Positions 1 to 10,722 of a stretch of 64,000 bases of DNA are shown in pieces (position 1 is the stretch's first letter; the number at the start of each line of letters is the position of its first letter). The notes beneath the pieces are model-generated. The model saw only the letters and a list, made by a program, of their open reading frames with translations, was not told where the DNA came from and did not search any database. Source of the DNA: an uncultured Bacillota bacterium. GTDB taxonomy: Bacteria; Bacillota; DTU025; MWDF01. The position numbers were made by a program, and so were the translations under genes. The DNA is taken from positions 444,949-508,948 of the forward strand of contig CAWGMK010000010.1 in assembly GCA_963823655.1 (NCBI GenBank). Direction: 5' to 3'.

Positions 1-1450
1 GCTGGATTTCTTCACGGTAAGCGGCCTGGGGCTGGGCCTGAAGCACGAGTACGGCATAGAACGGCAAAGGTGAATGGATACTACTCCCTGTATGTGCTAA
101 AAAGCCTGATGAACCCCGCCTCCGACTGGACCGCCGAGATCTCGCAGACGCTTAAGCTGCCTTTGGATATCATAGCGACCGGCAAGTATTCTTACAGGAA
201 TACAACAAATGCGAGCCTTGCCAAATCGGAGGAGCACTTCGCCGAGCTCAAACTGAACAGGAGCGTGGAGGACGACAAGACCGCGATTGCCGCATCTTAC
301 CGATACAAGGACGCAGTAGCCGATACATCCACCTTGAACTTGTCTGCATCCCACTCCATGACGCTCTTAGAGGATATCAAGCTGTCGGGAAGCGTAAGCT
401 ACAGGAGGACCGAGATAAACGACGCTTTGAATTTCGAGAGCATGACTTACAAGGCAACTTTGTCCCACCAGACGGAACAGGGAAGGCTTACGCTAAACGT
501 CCAGGCCTCCGAAACGATGAACGAAAGCCAGGAAGTAGTCGTCGCTTCGTTGAAAAGGCTGCCTGAGCTGCAAATAGAGCTTTTCAAGATGCCTATCGGG
601 AAGCTGCCTTTAAACATCGGCGTCAAGATGACTGCCGGCAGGTACGTGGAGAGGATTCTCAATACTGACCCGATAGAGTTCTCTGGATGCGGGCAAGGGC
701 GAGGCTGATATTAGCCTTGCCATCGACAGGGTGGACCTTTGGGGATTCGCCACATACGATCTGGCCGGCACATTTATCGGCAGCCTCTACTCTACCGGGG
801 ATTCAAGGGCGTACCTTGGCGTAGCGACTTCGCTGAATGTGACTCCGATAAAGGGATGGGGCATAAAGCTGTCGTACGATTACTTGAAGGGCTTCGGTTC
901 GAGCCCATACAGGTTCGACGCGCTTAACGAGAAGAACAAGATTGCCCTGTCTACTTCCGCTTCGTTCTACGGCGTAACTGCTTCTGCTTCGTCGGGCTAC
1001 GACTTCATCAAACTGAAGTACGACAGCCTCTCCGCGGGGCTAGGCTACAAATTTGAGGACAAGTACCAGGCGGATGTCACAGCGAAGCTTTCCCTGCCGG
1101 ATTTCGGGATACAGACTATTGTAGGAAGGCTCACCATAAGCCCTATCGAGGAAGTAAGCCTGAAGTTCGGCCTAGAGTACAATGGTTCGCTCAACAAGAT
1201 TAGCAAGATCGAGACGAGCGGGAGCCTTAGCATACTCAAGGAGTGGAAGGTAGGCTGGGCGGTAATATACGATGTGGCGAGGGAAGGCTTGAGGAAGGCG
1301 GACTTCGCGCTGACAAAGGATTTGCACTGCAGGGAGATAACGGCAGGCTACCAGGTCGTTGACAAGAGGTTCTTCGTCAACTTCAAGTTCAAGGCCTTCC
1401 CTGACATACCGATCGGGATCGGCTCGGACGACTGGAGCCTATTTAACTAG
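1..1450 (+). CDS. LptD-like outer-membrane beta-barrel (LPS assembly), 5'-truncated by the window edge; apparent frameshifts near 60 and 682
   Basis: ORFs 70..708 and 731..1450 plus the upstream frame LDFFTVSGLGLGLKHEYG are rich in alternating beta-strand patterns. C-terminal KDLHC...FKAFP motif. Lies directly upstream of lptC-lptA-lptB. Confidence 0.65.
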
Positions 1451-1477
1451 AAACCGCAAGGAAGGAGGGCTTACGTC

Positions 1478-2122
1478 GTGAATACCAGGGTGGGGATAGC
1501 GATATTCCTGATTTTCGCAGCTCTCGTGGGCGTGTCCTACTATTACGGTTTCGTTAGGCAGGAGCCCTCAATAGAGGCGGCGCAAGAGGCGGTTGACGAC
1601 AAGGACCTTCCTGAAGTGCTCATAAAGGGGCTTACGATATCTAGCTGGACCGGCGGCGCAAGGGTTTGGGAGATGAAAGCCGACAGCATGGAGCTGCCCC
1701 GATTCGGCAGGAACGCCACGCTCACAGGCATCAAGGAAGGCACCATATTTAGGGATGATGTAGCTTATCTGGGCTTTTCCGCGGGCAGGGCGGCCGTCGA
1801 CGGCAGGAACAGGATGCAGTTTTCGGAAGGCGTGCTGATCATGTCTCAGGGCAAACCCCTGATGGTAACCGAGTCGATGGTATGGGACCCTGTGACGCAG
1901 CTGGTCAACATCCCCGGAGAGACCGAGATAACGGCGGACGGCAGCAAGGTGACGGCGAAGAACCTTACGGTGGACCTTAAGGACGAGTACATTTCTACGA
2001 CCGGCGATATAATCGCCCAGCAGGGCGACAGCGTAAAGATAACGGCAGGGAACATGAGGTATTCGGTCACCAGGCGCGAGATGGAGATCATCGGGCCTTT
2101 GACGATAACGATAGACCTCTAG
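1478..2122 (+). CDS. lptC: LPS export ABC transporter periplasmic protein LptC-like
   Basis: N-terminal membrane anchor, WEMKADS and beta-jellyroll-like pattern; position between lptD-like and lptA. Confidence 0.7.
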   Translation: MNTRVGIAIFLIFAALVGVSYYYGFVRQEPSIEAAQEAVDDKDLPEVLIKGLTISSWTGGARVWEMKADSMELPRFGRNATLTGIKEGTIFRDDVAYLGFSAGRAAVDGRNRMQFSEGVLIMSQGKPLMVTESMVWDPVTQLVNIPGETEITADGSKVTAKNLTVDLKDEYISTTGDIIAQQGDSVKITAGNMRYSVTRREMEIIGPLTITIDL

Positions 2123-2137
2123 GAAAGGGGTGCACAG

Positions 2138-2800
2138 ATGATAAAGAGCAGATCAAGAACGGCAATCGCCGCGGCACTGATCATCCTGGTACTGGCCTCT
2201 ACGGCGCTTGCGGCCAAACAGGTCAAGATCACAGCCTCCAAGAAGCTCAGCTACCAGGGCGCCAAAGGCGACGCAATGGTAGAGGGCGACGTAAAAATCG
2301 AATACGACACTACCCTGATTACAGCCGATAAAGTGATTTTCAACAGCGACAACAAAACGGCTAGGGTGGACAGCGGCGTGCGCATAGTGCAGGACAATAT
2401 CGTCATCACGGCCAATGTCATGAACGCCGACTTTAAAACCGAGAAAGTCATGGTCAGCGGCAATGTTAAGCTGGAGATGACAGAGACTCTTGCCGAGAAG
2501 GATGCCAACGGCGTCGCAAAGAAGGATGTCGTGCTGCTTTTAACTTCAAGCATGACTATTGATATCAATACAAACGACTTCACGGCGTCCGGCGGAATAA
2601 TAATAACCAAGGACAAACAGAAGGCACAGTCCGGAAGCGCTGCATACATCGAGGCTGAGAAGAAGATAACCCTTACGGGAAATGTCAGTATCGAGACCAG
2701 CGACGGCGATACCGTAAAGGCCGAAAAAGCGGTCATCTATACGGACAAGGATACTTTCGAAGCCGAGGGCGAACGCATAGAGATCAACTTCATCGTATAG
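2138..2800 (+). CDS. lptA: LptA/OstA family periplasmic LPS transport protein
   Basis: Signal peptide; repeated ITAD..., GNV and LTGNV OstA-like strands; precedes lptB. Confidence 0.75.
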   Translation: MIKSRSRTAIAAALIILVLASTALAAKQVKITASKKLSYQGAKGDAMVEGDVKIEYDTTLITADKVIFNSDNKTARVDSGVRIVQDNIVITANVMNADFKTEKVMVSGNVKLEMTETLAEKDANGVAKKDVVLLLTSSMTIDINTNDFTASGGIIITKDKQKAQSGSAAYIEAEKKITLTGNVSIETSDGDTVKAEKAVIYTDKDTFEAEGERIEINFIV

Positions 2801-2816
2801 CGTTATCGGAGGCAAC

Positions 2817-3536
2817 ATGGGAATTAGGGCGGTCAAGCTTACGAAGTCGTTCTCCGGCCGGAATGTGGTGGACGGGGTCGACATCAACCTGGAGCGCGGG
2901 GAGGCAGTGGGACTTTTCGGACCCAACGGGGCCGGGAAGACCACGACCTTCTACATGCTCCTGGGGCTTGAAGTGCCCGATTCCGGCCTTATCGAAGTGG
3001 ACGGCCGCGACGTCACCGAATTGCCCGTTCACATGAGGGCCCAGCTTGGCATAGGATATCTGGCCCAGGAGCCTTCGATATTCAAGCGCATGAGCGTACA
3101 GGGCAACATCGCCTCTGTGCTAGAGACGCTCAGGCTGCCCGCAAGGCAGGTCAGGCAGAAAACTCAGGACCTGCTTGAGGAGTTCAACCTGACCGATATC
3201 AGAAGGCAGATGGGCTTTACCCTGTCAGGCGGAGAGCGAAGGCGAGTGGAGATCGCAAGGGCCGTGGCTATAGCACCTTCCTACCTGCTACTCGACGAGC
3301 CTTTCACGGGAGTTGACCCTTTAGCTGTGATGGAGATACAGGGCATAATAAGAAGGCTGAAGTCGCAGGGGCTTGGCGTGCTGATTACTGACCACAATGT
3401 GCGCGATACGATGGCGATAACCGACAGAGGGTATATAATGTATACAGGCAACATACTTGTATCAGGCACTCCGGAGCAGATTTCGGCGGACCCGCTGGCA
3501 AGGAGATTTTACCTTGGCGACTCATTCAGCTTCTAA
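2817..3536 (+). CDS. lptB: LPS export ABC transporter ATP-binding protein
   Basis: GPNGAGKTT Walker A, GIGYLAQEPSIF, LSGGERRRVEIAR, LLDEPFTGVDP, LITDHNVRDT, YLGDSF. Confidence 0.95.
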   Translation: MGIRAVKLTKSFSGRNVVDGVDINLERGEAVGLFGPNGAGKTTTFYMLLGLEVPDSGLIEVDGRDVTELPVHMRAQLGIGYLAQEPSIFKRMSVQGNIASVLETLRLPARQVRQKTQDLLEEFNLTDIRRQMGFTLSGGERRRVEIARAVAIAPSYLLLDEPFTGVDPLAVMEIQGIIRRLKSQGLGVLITDHNVRDTMAITDRGYIMYTGNILVSGTPEQISADPLARRFYLGDSFSF

Positions 3537-3548
3537 CCGGAGGTTTAT

Positions 3549-4889
3549 TTGAACGGAGTAGTGCTGATTGCCGTATTGGCAATAATAGGAGGCCTTGTCG
3601 CAATCGCAGGCGACAGGATAGGCATGCGCATAGGGCGCAAGAGGCTTACCCTCTTCGGGCTCAGGCCGAGGCACACTTCTATTCTGATAACCTTCATAAC
3701 CGGCATCGTGGTCGTCGCGCTCACTGTCGCTGTCTTGTCCCTGCTTTCTGAGAACGTAAGGATTGCGATCTTCAAGATACAGGAGCTTCGCAGCGACCTT
3801 GCGGAAACGAATGAAGTGCTCAAGGTTACCAAACAGGAATTGACCCTCAAGATGGACGAAGCGCAGCAGCTTACCGACAGGGTGGAGAGCATCGGCAAGC
3901 AGTATGAGTCCTTGAAGTCCGATTATGGGATAATCAGTGCCGAGCTTAGCGATGCGAACGCCGAGAAGGTTCAGACATATAATGAGTTGAAAAGCCTGAA
4001 AACGGGCCTTGAGGAAATACAAAGGAAGCTCGTTTCCACAGAACAGGATTTAAACGCCGCAAGCGCGGAAATCGTCGAATCGGATTTGATGCTAAAAAGC
4101 CAGCAGAGCGAGATTTCGGGCTTGTCATCCGAAAGGGAGCTGCTCGAAAAGGAGATCCTAAGCCTTCAGGACACCAGATCAAAGCTCATCGAAGAGGCAG
4201 CGGTGCTTGAAAAGCAAGTGGACAGCCTGATGCAGACAAGCCTGCTGCTCATACAGAGCAAGCAGACCTCGATGACAAGGCAGGTCATCTTTTATGCCGA
4301 TCAGATTATATTGGGTACTGTGATAGACTGCGTGCAGCCTGTTGAAATCATCCATACCCAGATAAACGACTTCCTGATAAAGGTCAACACGCTGGCCAAA
4401 TCAAAGGGCGCGGGGGAAGTGGCGGGCCGCCAGGACGGCTCCGTGCTGAATTTCGACGAGGACAATGTTCTTAGTGCTTTCCAGAAAGTATATTCGTCTT
4501 CCGGCAAGGTGGTAATGAGGGCCGTATCGCCGGTCAACAGCTGGCCGGGCGAACCTCTTTGGATTTCTCTTCATACATTGCCGGATGAATTGATCTTCTT
4601 TGAAGGCCAAGTAGTCGCCAGCAGGGATGCAGACGGCAGGCTCGGAGCCGACAGGATACAGCTTGAGATTCTAGGCCTAATTGAAGAGGTAAATGCGATT
4701 GCGCTGGCCAAAGGCATGGTTAGCGACGATGAAGGGCGCATAGGGACTTTCATTAAAGCCCTTCAATTTACCGAGGCAATCATCGCGGCTTTGGAGTCGG
4801 GCCGCACAGTCAAGATAGAAGTCAAAGCGGAAGAGGACATCTGGCGCAGTGATAGCACACCTACAATGGGTTTGCATGTGGTATATTAA
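3549..4889 (+). CDS. DUF3084 domain membrane-anchored coiled-coil protein
   Basis: GDRIGMRIGRKRLTLFGLRPRHTSILITFITG signature, followed by a long coiled coil. Confidence 0.85.
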   Translation: MNGVVLIAVLAIIGGLVAIAGDRIGMRIGRKRLTLFGLRPRHTSILITFITGIVVVALTVAVLSLLSENVRIAIFKIQELRSDLAETNEVLKVTKQELTLKMDEAQQLTDRVESIGKQYESLKSDYGIISAELSDANAEKVQTYNELKSLKTGLEEIQRKLVSTEQDLNAASAEIVESDLMLKSQQSEISGLSSERELLEKEILSLQDTRSKLIEEAAVLEKQVDSLMQTSLLLIQSKQTSMTRQVIFYADQIILGTVIDCVQPVEIIHTQINDFLIKVNTLAKSKGAGEVAGRQDGSVLNFDEDNVLSAFQKVYSSSGKVVMRAVSPVNSWPGEPLWISLHTLPDELIFFEGQVVASRDADGRLGADRIQLEILGLIEEVNAIALAKGMVSDDEGRIGTFIKALQFTEAIIAALESGRTVKIEVKAEEDIWRSDSTPTMGLHVVY

Positions 4890-4923
4890 TTACATGATAT
4901 TTTTCCAAGCCTTTTGCTCTGCC

Positions 4924-4983
4924 TTGATAAAAAAGCACAATTAGATGTATAAAGAAGAAGGATTACTAGCTTTATTGAAGAAA
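4924..4983 (+). promoter_or_regulatory. Candidate tandem promoters of the SLH-barrel gene: SigA-like (TTGATA-N18-TATAAA) and SigH-like (AGGA-N17-GAAA)
   Basis: TTGATA 4924-4929, TATAAA 4948-4953; AGGA 4959-4962, GAAA 4980-4983, in an AT-rich intergenic region. Confidence 0.45.
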
Positions 4984-5151
4984 ATATAAGAGAAAATACT
5001 ATTCAATGCCCTGCCCGTTCGCAAAAAAACATCAAAGGGCGCGCATAAGGGCGTAAGATCAAACCACCGGTGAAGGAAACTAGGAAACTTCACTGGTGCG
5101 GAGGTTTATGGTTTGGTGGTTAATCAACAAAGCCAAGGGGGGTAAGAACAC

Positions 5152-8100
5152 ATGAAGAGAACCGTAGCAATGCTAATTGCGGTTCTGCTTGCCGTGGCGG
5201 TAGCATTACCAGTCATGGCAAGTCCGTACACGGATCTGCCCGATACACATTGGGCACTATCGGCCGTGTATGAGTTGTCCGCACTAGGAATCTTCGAAGG
5301 CTATCCTGACGGAACCTTCAAGGGACCGCAGCCAGCAACGAGGTACGAACTGGCAGTAGTCATCGCCAGGCTCCTGAAGTATCTGGACCAGGAGATAAGT
5401 GCCCGCATGGCGGCATTGGAAGCCAAGATTCCGGCTGCCACAGCGGCGGCAGTCGTACCGACTCCGACTCCCGTACCGACACCCGCGCCGGTAACCACGG
5501 TTGTTCAGGTGGAGCCCGACCAGACAATTCTTGAGACCATTATCAGGGAGAAGATCGAAGCCCTGGTAGGGCCCAAGTTTGAGGACATTGACGAGAGGAT
5601 CGCTGAACTCTATGCAATGATCCAGGACCTCAAGACAGAGTTCTCCCGCGAGCTCTCAGTCCTTGGCGTCCGCGTGACAGCCCTGGAAGATGAACTCGCA
5701 AAGATCAAGGAGAGGCTGGCCAAAGCAGAGGCAAACATCGGCGCCCTGCAGCTCCAGCTGGATCCCGCTCTTGTAAGGATAACGGTCCTCGAGAGCAGAG
5801 CGAACGCAGTCGACAGGCAGCTTGAGGAGCTCAACCTCGCCCTGTCCCAGAAGGCGAACGCCCCCGAAGTAGAAGCGCTCAAGGCGCTAATACTCGGCCT
5901 CGAAAAGGACAACGCGGCACTAGCGGCAAGAGTAGCCGCCCTGGAAGGCAAGCCTGCGGTAGTGATACCGCCGATGCCTGTAATACCCGCCGCGGCCAAG
6001 CCTGAGGAAGTTGAGGCCCTTAAGGCCCTCATGCTTTCGATGGAAAGAGACAAGGCAGCCTTGGCAGCAAGGGTTTCCGCCCTTGAAGCCGTCAAGCCTG
6101 TAGTAGCTCCGGTAATTACAGCACCGGTCGTCCCGGCCCCTGTAGTGCCGGCGCCAGTAGTACCCCGCTCCAGTAGTAGTGAGCTCTGGAGTAAGCGCAG
6201 CCGAGCTAGCTGCAGTCAAGGCATTGGTGCTCAACCTCGAAGCTAACAAGGTCGACGTGCTTATGTCCAAGCTGGGCGCCCTCGAGTCCAAAGTACTCGC
6301 CCTCGAATCCAAGCTCAACACAGTTGACACAAGGGTAGGCAACCTTGAGCTCAAGTCAAACGAGCTCGAAGCCGAAGTCGACATGGTGGCCGCGCAGTCC
6401 GGACAGAATGCAGCCGACATAATCGACCTCTACAGCCTCTCCTATAAGAATACCGATGATCTCAACTTCCTGAAGGCAGACCTTGCTGCAAAGTTTGCGG
6501 ACCTTGAGGCCAGACTGGCCGCCAAGCCCGAAGCAGTAGCAAGCGTTTCAGGCGCAAGCCCTGAGAGCGTTGCCCTTCTGAAGTTGGACATCCTTGAGGC
6601 TCAGGATGACATAGAGAAGCTGAAGGCCCTCTATGCGCAAGTCGGAGACCTCACCGCGCGCCTTGATGCAGCCGAGTCGAAGCTGATGCTCCTCGACGAG
6701 AAGGTTGCCATGCTCAATATGGACCTTGCGGCACTTGAGAGCGAGAAGGTAGACAATGCCCTCGTAAGGATCGGCCTGCTCGAGCTTCAGACCGCTGATC
6801 TATATGACAAGTATGGCATGTTGGCTGACGGCCTCAACGCGATGGGCCTTGAAGTCACCAGGAACTCGGAAGACATCAACGACTTGTACATCCAGCAGAA
6901 CAAGACCAACAACCTGCTCAAGAACCTGGCAGCAGCTGACCTCGCCCTCAACGACAGGGTAGCGGCCATAGAAGCGGCCAACAAGATAAGCGCAGATGCC
7001 CTGGCAGCAAGGGTAGCTTCCCTTGAAGGCGCATCGGCAGAAGGCGCAGCGGAGACGCTAAGCCTTAAGAACGGCCTGATGGGATTGATCGACAAGGTAT
7101 CGAACCTCTGGATCAACAAGTTCCTGCTCTCAGGATCGTTTGAAGTCAAGTTCACCGATGTGGCCGTCGTAATGGGATTGCCGTACAAAGATCCGTTCGA
7201 CAACACGACCACAGCTATAGTTCCGAGCAATTCGTACTACGGCAAGCTGACATTGAAGGCGACGATCAAGCCTGAGCCCGGCGTGGAAATCAATGTCGGT
7301 CTTAATGCCGGCGTAGATACTTATGGCATAAGCGATGTCAGCGCCCTCGTGTTCAACGGCGACCTCGACATCAAGGTCACCTCGCCCAACGGCTACGGCC
7401 AGCTCATCGGCGGCGAGCAGGCCAGGCCCAAGTATCTCAGCAAGTACGTATTCTCATCGATCCTGTTCGCAGACGAGGCGTTTGAAGGACTCGGCGGCTG
7501 GGCGAAGTTCGCACCCGGCATGGAAGGTCTGACACTGGGCGCCTCCGCAATAGTCGCGAAGAAGGGTTCGACCACCGACTTCAGGTATGTATGGGGAATG
7601 GCCGGCAATGTGAACTACGCTGACGTAGCCGATCTTACTCTCTACTACTTCGCAATCGATGACGCACCCAACTCGGGCGACATCCCGGGCGTCTATGATG
7701 GAACCGAAGATCACATCGGCCTCAGCGCAGACTTCAAAATGGGCGAGAACTGGACGGCAGGCGCATTCGCCAACCTGTTCTTCAACGATGTGAACCCGGA
7801 TCCGGAGAGCGCAATCACCGCATACATCGATGGCAAGGTCGGAGTATGGAACATGAGCCTTGGCTTCGAGCGCGTGAGCGATGCCTACACACCGATGTAT
7901 GCTGAGTTCGTCGACACCGACGATCCGGACATCATCGAGAACGACATAATGAACCTTACGATGAGCAATAGCTTCGACGTCCTGCCCAACCTGGTATTCG
8001 GTCTGGATACCGAGCTCAACGGCGACGACGATTGGGCCAACCTGACCCATATCAACGAAGTGTATGCCAAGTACTCGTTCGGCAAGGCGACTGACCTGTT

Positions 8101-8774
8101 CAACGGATCGCTGAAGCTCTACGGCGGACGTGAGTCCGACATAGTGATAGGCGGCATATGGAACGTACCCGTACCGGATGCCGACGGACTGTGCTATGCA
8201 GGAGCTGACCTCAAGCTGAAGCTTTACATCTTCAACGCGGGCTTCTCCTACTACACAGAGACCTACGACATAGCGGGTGTCTTTGCCGGAATAATACAAC
8301 AAGTACACTGCATACCTCAACACGGAGCTCTCCCTCATACCCGACATCCTGAAGGCTAAGGCCGGATGGAAGGGCGTGTTCGGTGACTTCACAGGCAACT
8401 ACCAGGAGCTCTACGGCGAGTTGAACCTCACCACCGGCTTCGCGGTCAAGTGGAACCTGGCAGCCAACCTGGGCGTGTACTTCAAGACCACAACGATGTT
8501 CAAGGTCTATGGCGATGCCAAGCTTACCTACAACCTGTCCAACACCGCCAGCCTCTACGCAATGGCAGCCGGCGAGTACAGGAACAGCGTAAGCGCAGCC
8601 AAGCCTGATGGCTTCGTGCTGTCAGCAGGCCTGGGCTACAACCAGAAGATCTTCAACGCTACGAGCCTTGTCGCAGACTTCACCACCAAGTACGTCAAGT
8701 ACACCTACAACCCCGGTGGATACGCCGACAACCTCGTGAACACGCTTGGCATAAAGCTGAGCACCACGTTCTAA
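5152..8774 (+). CDS. Giant OmpM-like protein: signal peptide, SLH domain, long segmented coiled coil, C-terminal beta-barrel (~1200 aa); apparent frameshifts near 6165 and 8292
   Basis: SLH motif YTDLPDTHWA...GYPDGTFKG...TRYE; heptad repeats; barrel-like strands ending GIKLSTTF (terminal Phe). ORFs 5152..6246, 6179..8359 and 8376..8774 join by single-base shifts. Confidence 0.8.
6101..6180 (+). repeat. Degenerate 15-bp tandem repeat encoding (APVVP)n linker
   Basis: gcaccggtcgtcccg / gcccctgtagtgccg / gcgccagtagtaccc / gctccagtagta. Confidence 0.75.
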
Positions 8775-8788
8775 GCTAAAACCGGACT

Positions 8789-8830
8789 AGCCCCGAGGAG
8801 CATTGATTTGCTCCCCGGGGCTTTTTTCTT
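8789..8830 (+). terminator. Rho-independent terminator
   Basis: agccccgaggagca / tgctccccggggct stem followed by a T-run. Confidence 0.85.
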
Positions 8831-8880
8831 TCTCCTGTCTCCGGGTTGTATAATATAAGCTGATACCGGAGGAAAACGTC

Positions 8881-9312
8881 ATGAGATTCGTTATTGGAGT
8901 AGACCCCGGCAAGAACAAGGTCGGCGTTGCGCTTTTAGACGCGGATGGCAGGCTCATCGAAAGGCGCCTTTTGTCGCGCTTTACAGCCGCAAAGCAGATC
9001 GCTGAGCTTGCATCAGGAAGAGAATCGGTCATCGCGCTGGGCGACGGGACTACGGCAGGCAGGATGGCCGCCGAAATCCAAGAAGCGCTCGGGAGCGACA
9101 TTGACGATATAATTGTCATGGTGGACGAGGACAACTCCACTGTGGAGGGCAGAAGGAACTACCTTTTAGCAAACAGGCCCAGAGGTTTGGCAAGGCTTCT
9201 CCCTTTGGGGATGAGATCACCTGAAAGGCCTTGGGATGATTATGTAGCCGAGGTCATCGGCAGAAGATACCTGGATTCGAGGAGCGGCTCTGCCGATATA
9301 AAGGAAAACTGA
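8881..9312 (+). CDS. YqgF/RuvX-like RNase H-fold protein
   Basis: VIGVDPGKNKVGVA, ALGDGT, VDEDNST, DDYVA motifs. Confidence 0.8.
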   Translation: MRFVIGVDPGKNKVGVALLDADGRLIERRLLSRFTAAKQIAELASGRESVIALGDGTTAGRMAAEIQEALGSDIDDIIVMVDEDNSTVEGRRNYLLANRPRGLARLLPLGMRSPERPWDDYVAEVIGRRYLDSRSGSADIKEN

Positions 9313-9326
9313 GCCATATATAGAAT
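9302..9326 (+). promoter_or_regulatory. SigH-like promoter
   Basis: AGGA-N17-GAAT, the spacing of the B. subtilis SigH consensus, ~45 nt upstream of the 9371 start. Confidence 0.55.
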
Positions 9327-9370
9327 ATAAAACTATTGAAAGACCGAAGGTGTAAGGAGGTGACGCGAGC

Positions 9371-10702
9371 ATGCAGGCCATACGCAGCAAATCCCCGATT
9401 CTCCTATTCGCTTTGATATTGCTGCTCGCGTTGCCGATTGCTGCCGCGGCCGAGCCCGAAGTGCTGAAATCCGACGATTGGAGATACAGGGCCCTTGCCG
9501 AGCTTGCAACCCATAGCGTGCTTGATGAGAAAGACGCCCCGTACTACCTGACTAAGATACCTATCAACCTGGACTTCGCAGTGGCATCCGTCGAGAGGGC
9601 GCTAATCAAGCTAGGGCTGAAGGACATAGATTTTACAAACGCGGCATCCCTGGACCTGAGCCTTTACGGCACATCGGTTCAGAAACTTGCGCCGCGCGAT
9701 TCCTGGCTTCTTAACGATCTTACGAAGGAGTTTGCAACGCAGCTTGCCACAAGGGGCATTGTGGGCAAGGCCTCGCCTGTTCAAGCACAAGCCGGGGACA
9801 CTGCAGCAGCAGCCCTTCCCGTATCCGATGCACAAGCTTCGCCGGAGCCGCCCGCCGCGCAGCAGGGCCCGGTCGTCCTTTCGCTTACAGATGTGCTGAA
9901 GAAGATAAATATGCCCTCTGCGCTGTCGCAATCGTCCCTTACGATGAAGCCGCAGGACAATACGATACCTCAGGTGGCTACGGGCATGGAGCCGCTTCAG
10001 GTAGGAAGCATCAATCCTGACACGTCCAAGGTAGTCAGCCTTTTCGATGTTCTGAATGTCAACGCCTCGCTGTTTGCGGACGATTCCACCGTAAACGGCA
10101 AATCAAGCGCCGGCATAGGCCTCAAATTGGGCGATGACCAGGGCGGGGGCCTGACTTTAGATTATAAGATGGTTGGAGGCAAGGACGAGGCTTCAAACCT
10201 CACCGACCTTTCCGCCATAACCGGAGTGGGCGTCAAGTACCAGGTGAACAGCATCATGCCCTTTAAGAGCGTGACGGACAGCATTACGATACAAGCGGGT
10301 TACAATATCGAAAGCGGAGACCTGAAGGCGGCAGTAGATACCGGAATTGAGCTGCAAGCTTCGGCATCCCTTGGCATATATTACAAGCTGCTTCTCGGCA
10401 ACGCGGCCTTCCTTCAGGCAGGATATCAGGTTGAGCAGGTCAGGAACCTGATCGCTTCGGGTGCCCTTTCGACCAAGTCATGGATGTATGACGACAGCTC
10501 GCCTTTAGGCTGGATCTTCAGGGGCTCACTGAGCCTCAACAGCGATGTGGGCGTCAAGCAGCTGGCAGGAATAGACGTCGGGTATAACCTTTTCAAGGAC
10601 GCCTCTATTATGATCGGCTACAGGCTTATAGACTTCTCCGACTTCGACAAGCTGGATCTAAAGAAGAACCTGACCGCCCTGGGCATTAGCATCAAGTTCT
10701 AA
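9371..10702 (+). CDS. Exported protein with degenerate SLH-like N-terminus and C-terminal beta-barrel-like region
   Basis: Signal peptide; DDWRYRALAELA resembles the SLH start; LTKEFATQLATRG resembles OmpM stalk; Pro/Ala linker; ends LGISIKF. Confidence 0.55.
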   Translation: MQAIRSKSPILLFALILLLALPIAAAAEPEVLKSDDWRYRALAELATHSVLDEKDAPYYLTKIPINLDFAVASVERALIKLGLKDIDFTNAASLDLSLYGTSVQKLAPRDSWLLNDLTKEFATQLATRGIVGKASPVQAQAGDTAAAALPVSDAQASPEPPAAQQGPVVLSLTDVLKKINMPSALSQSSLTMKPQDNTIPQVATGMEPLQVGSINPDTSKVVSLFDVLNVNASLFADDSTVNGKSSAGIGLKLGDDQGGGLTLDYKMVGGKDEASNLTDLSAITGVGVKYQVNSIMPFKSVTDSITIQAGYNIESGDLKAAVDTGIELQASASLGIYYKLLLGNAAFLQAGYQVEQVRNLIASGALSTKSWMYDDSSPLGWIFRGSLSLNSDVGVKQLAGIDVGYNLFKDASIMIGYRLIDFSDFDKLDLKKNLTALGISIKF

Positions 10703-10722
10703 TTACTACGGAGAGTGAGCAT

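Noticed and set aside
6160-6170. Phase variation of the tether gene at a C-run
   Set aside because: The run is only four C and the window has many similar indels
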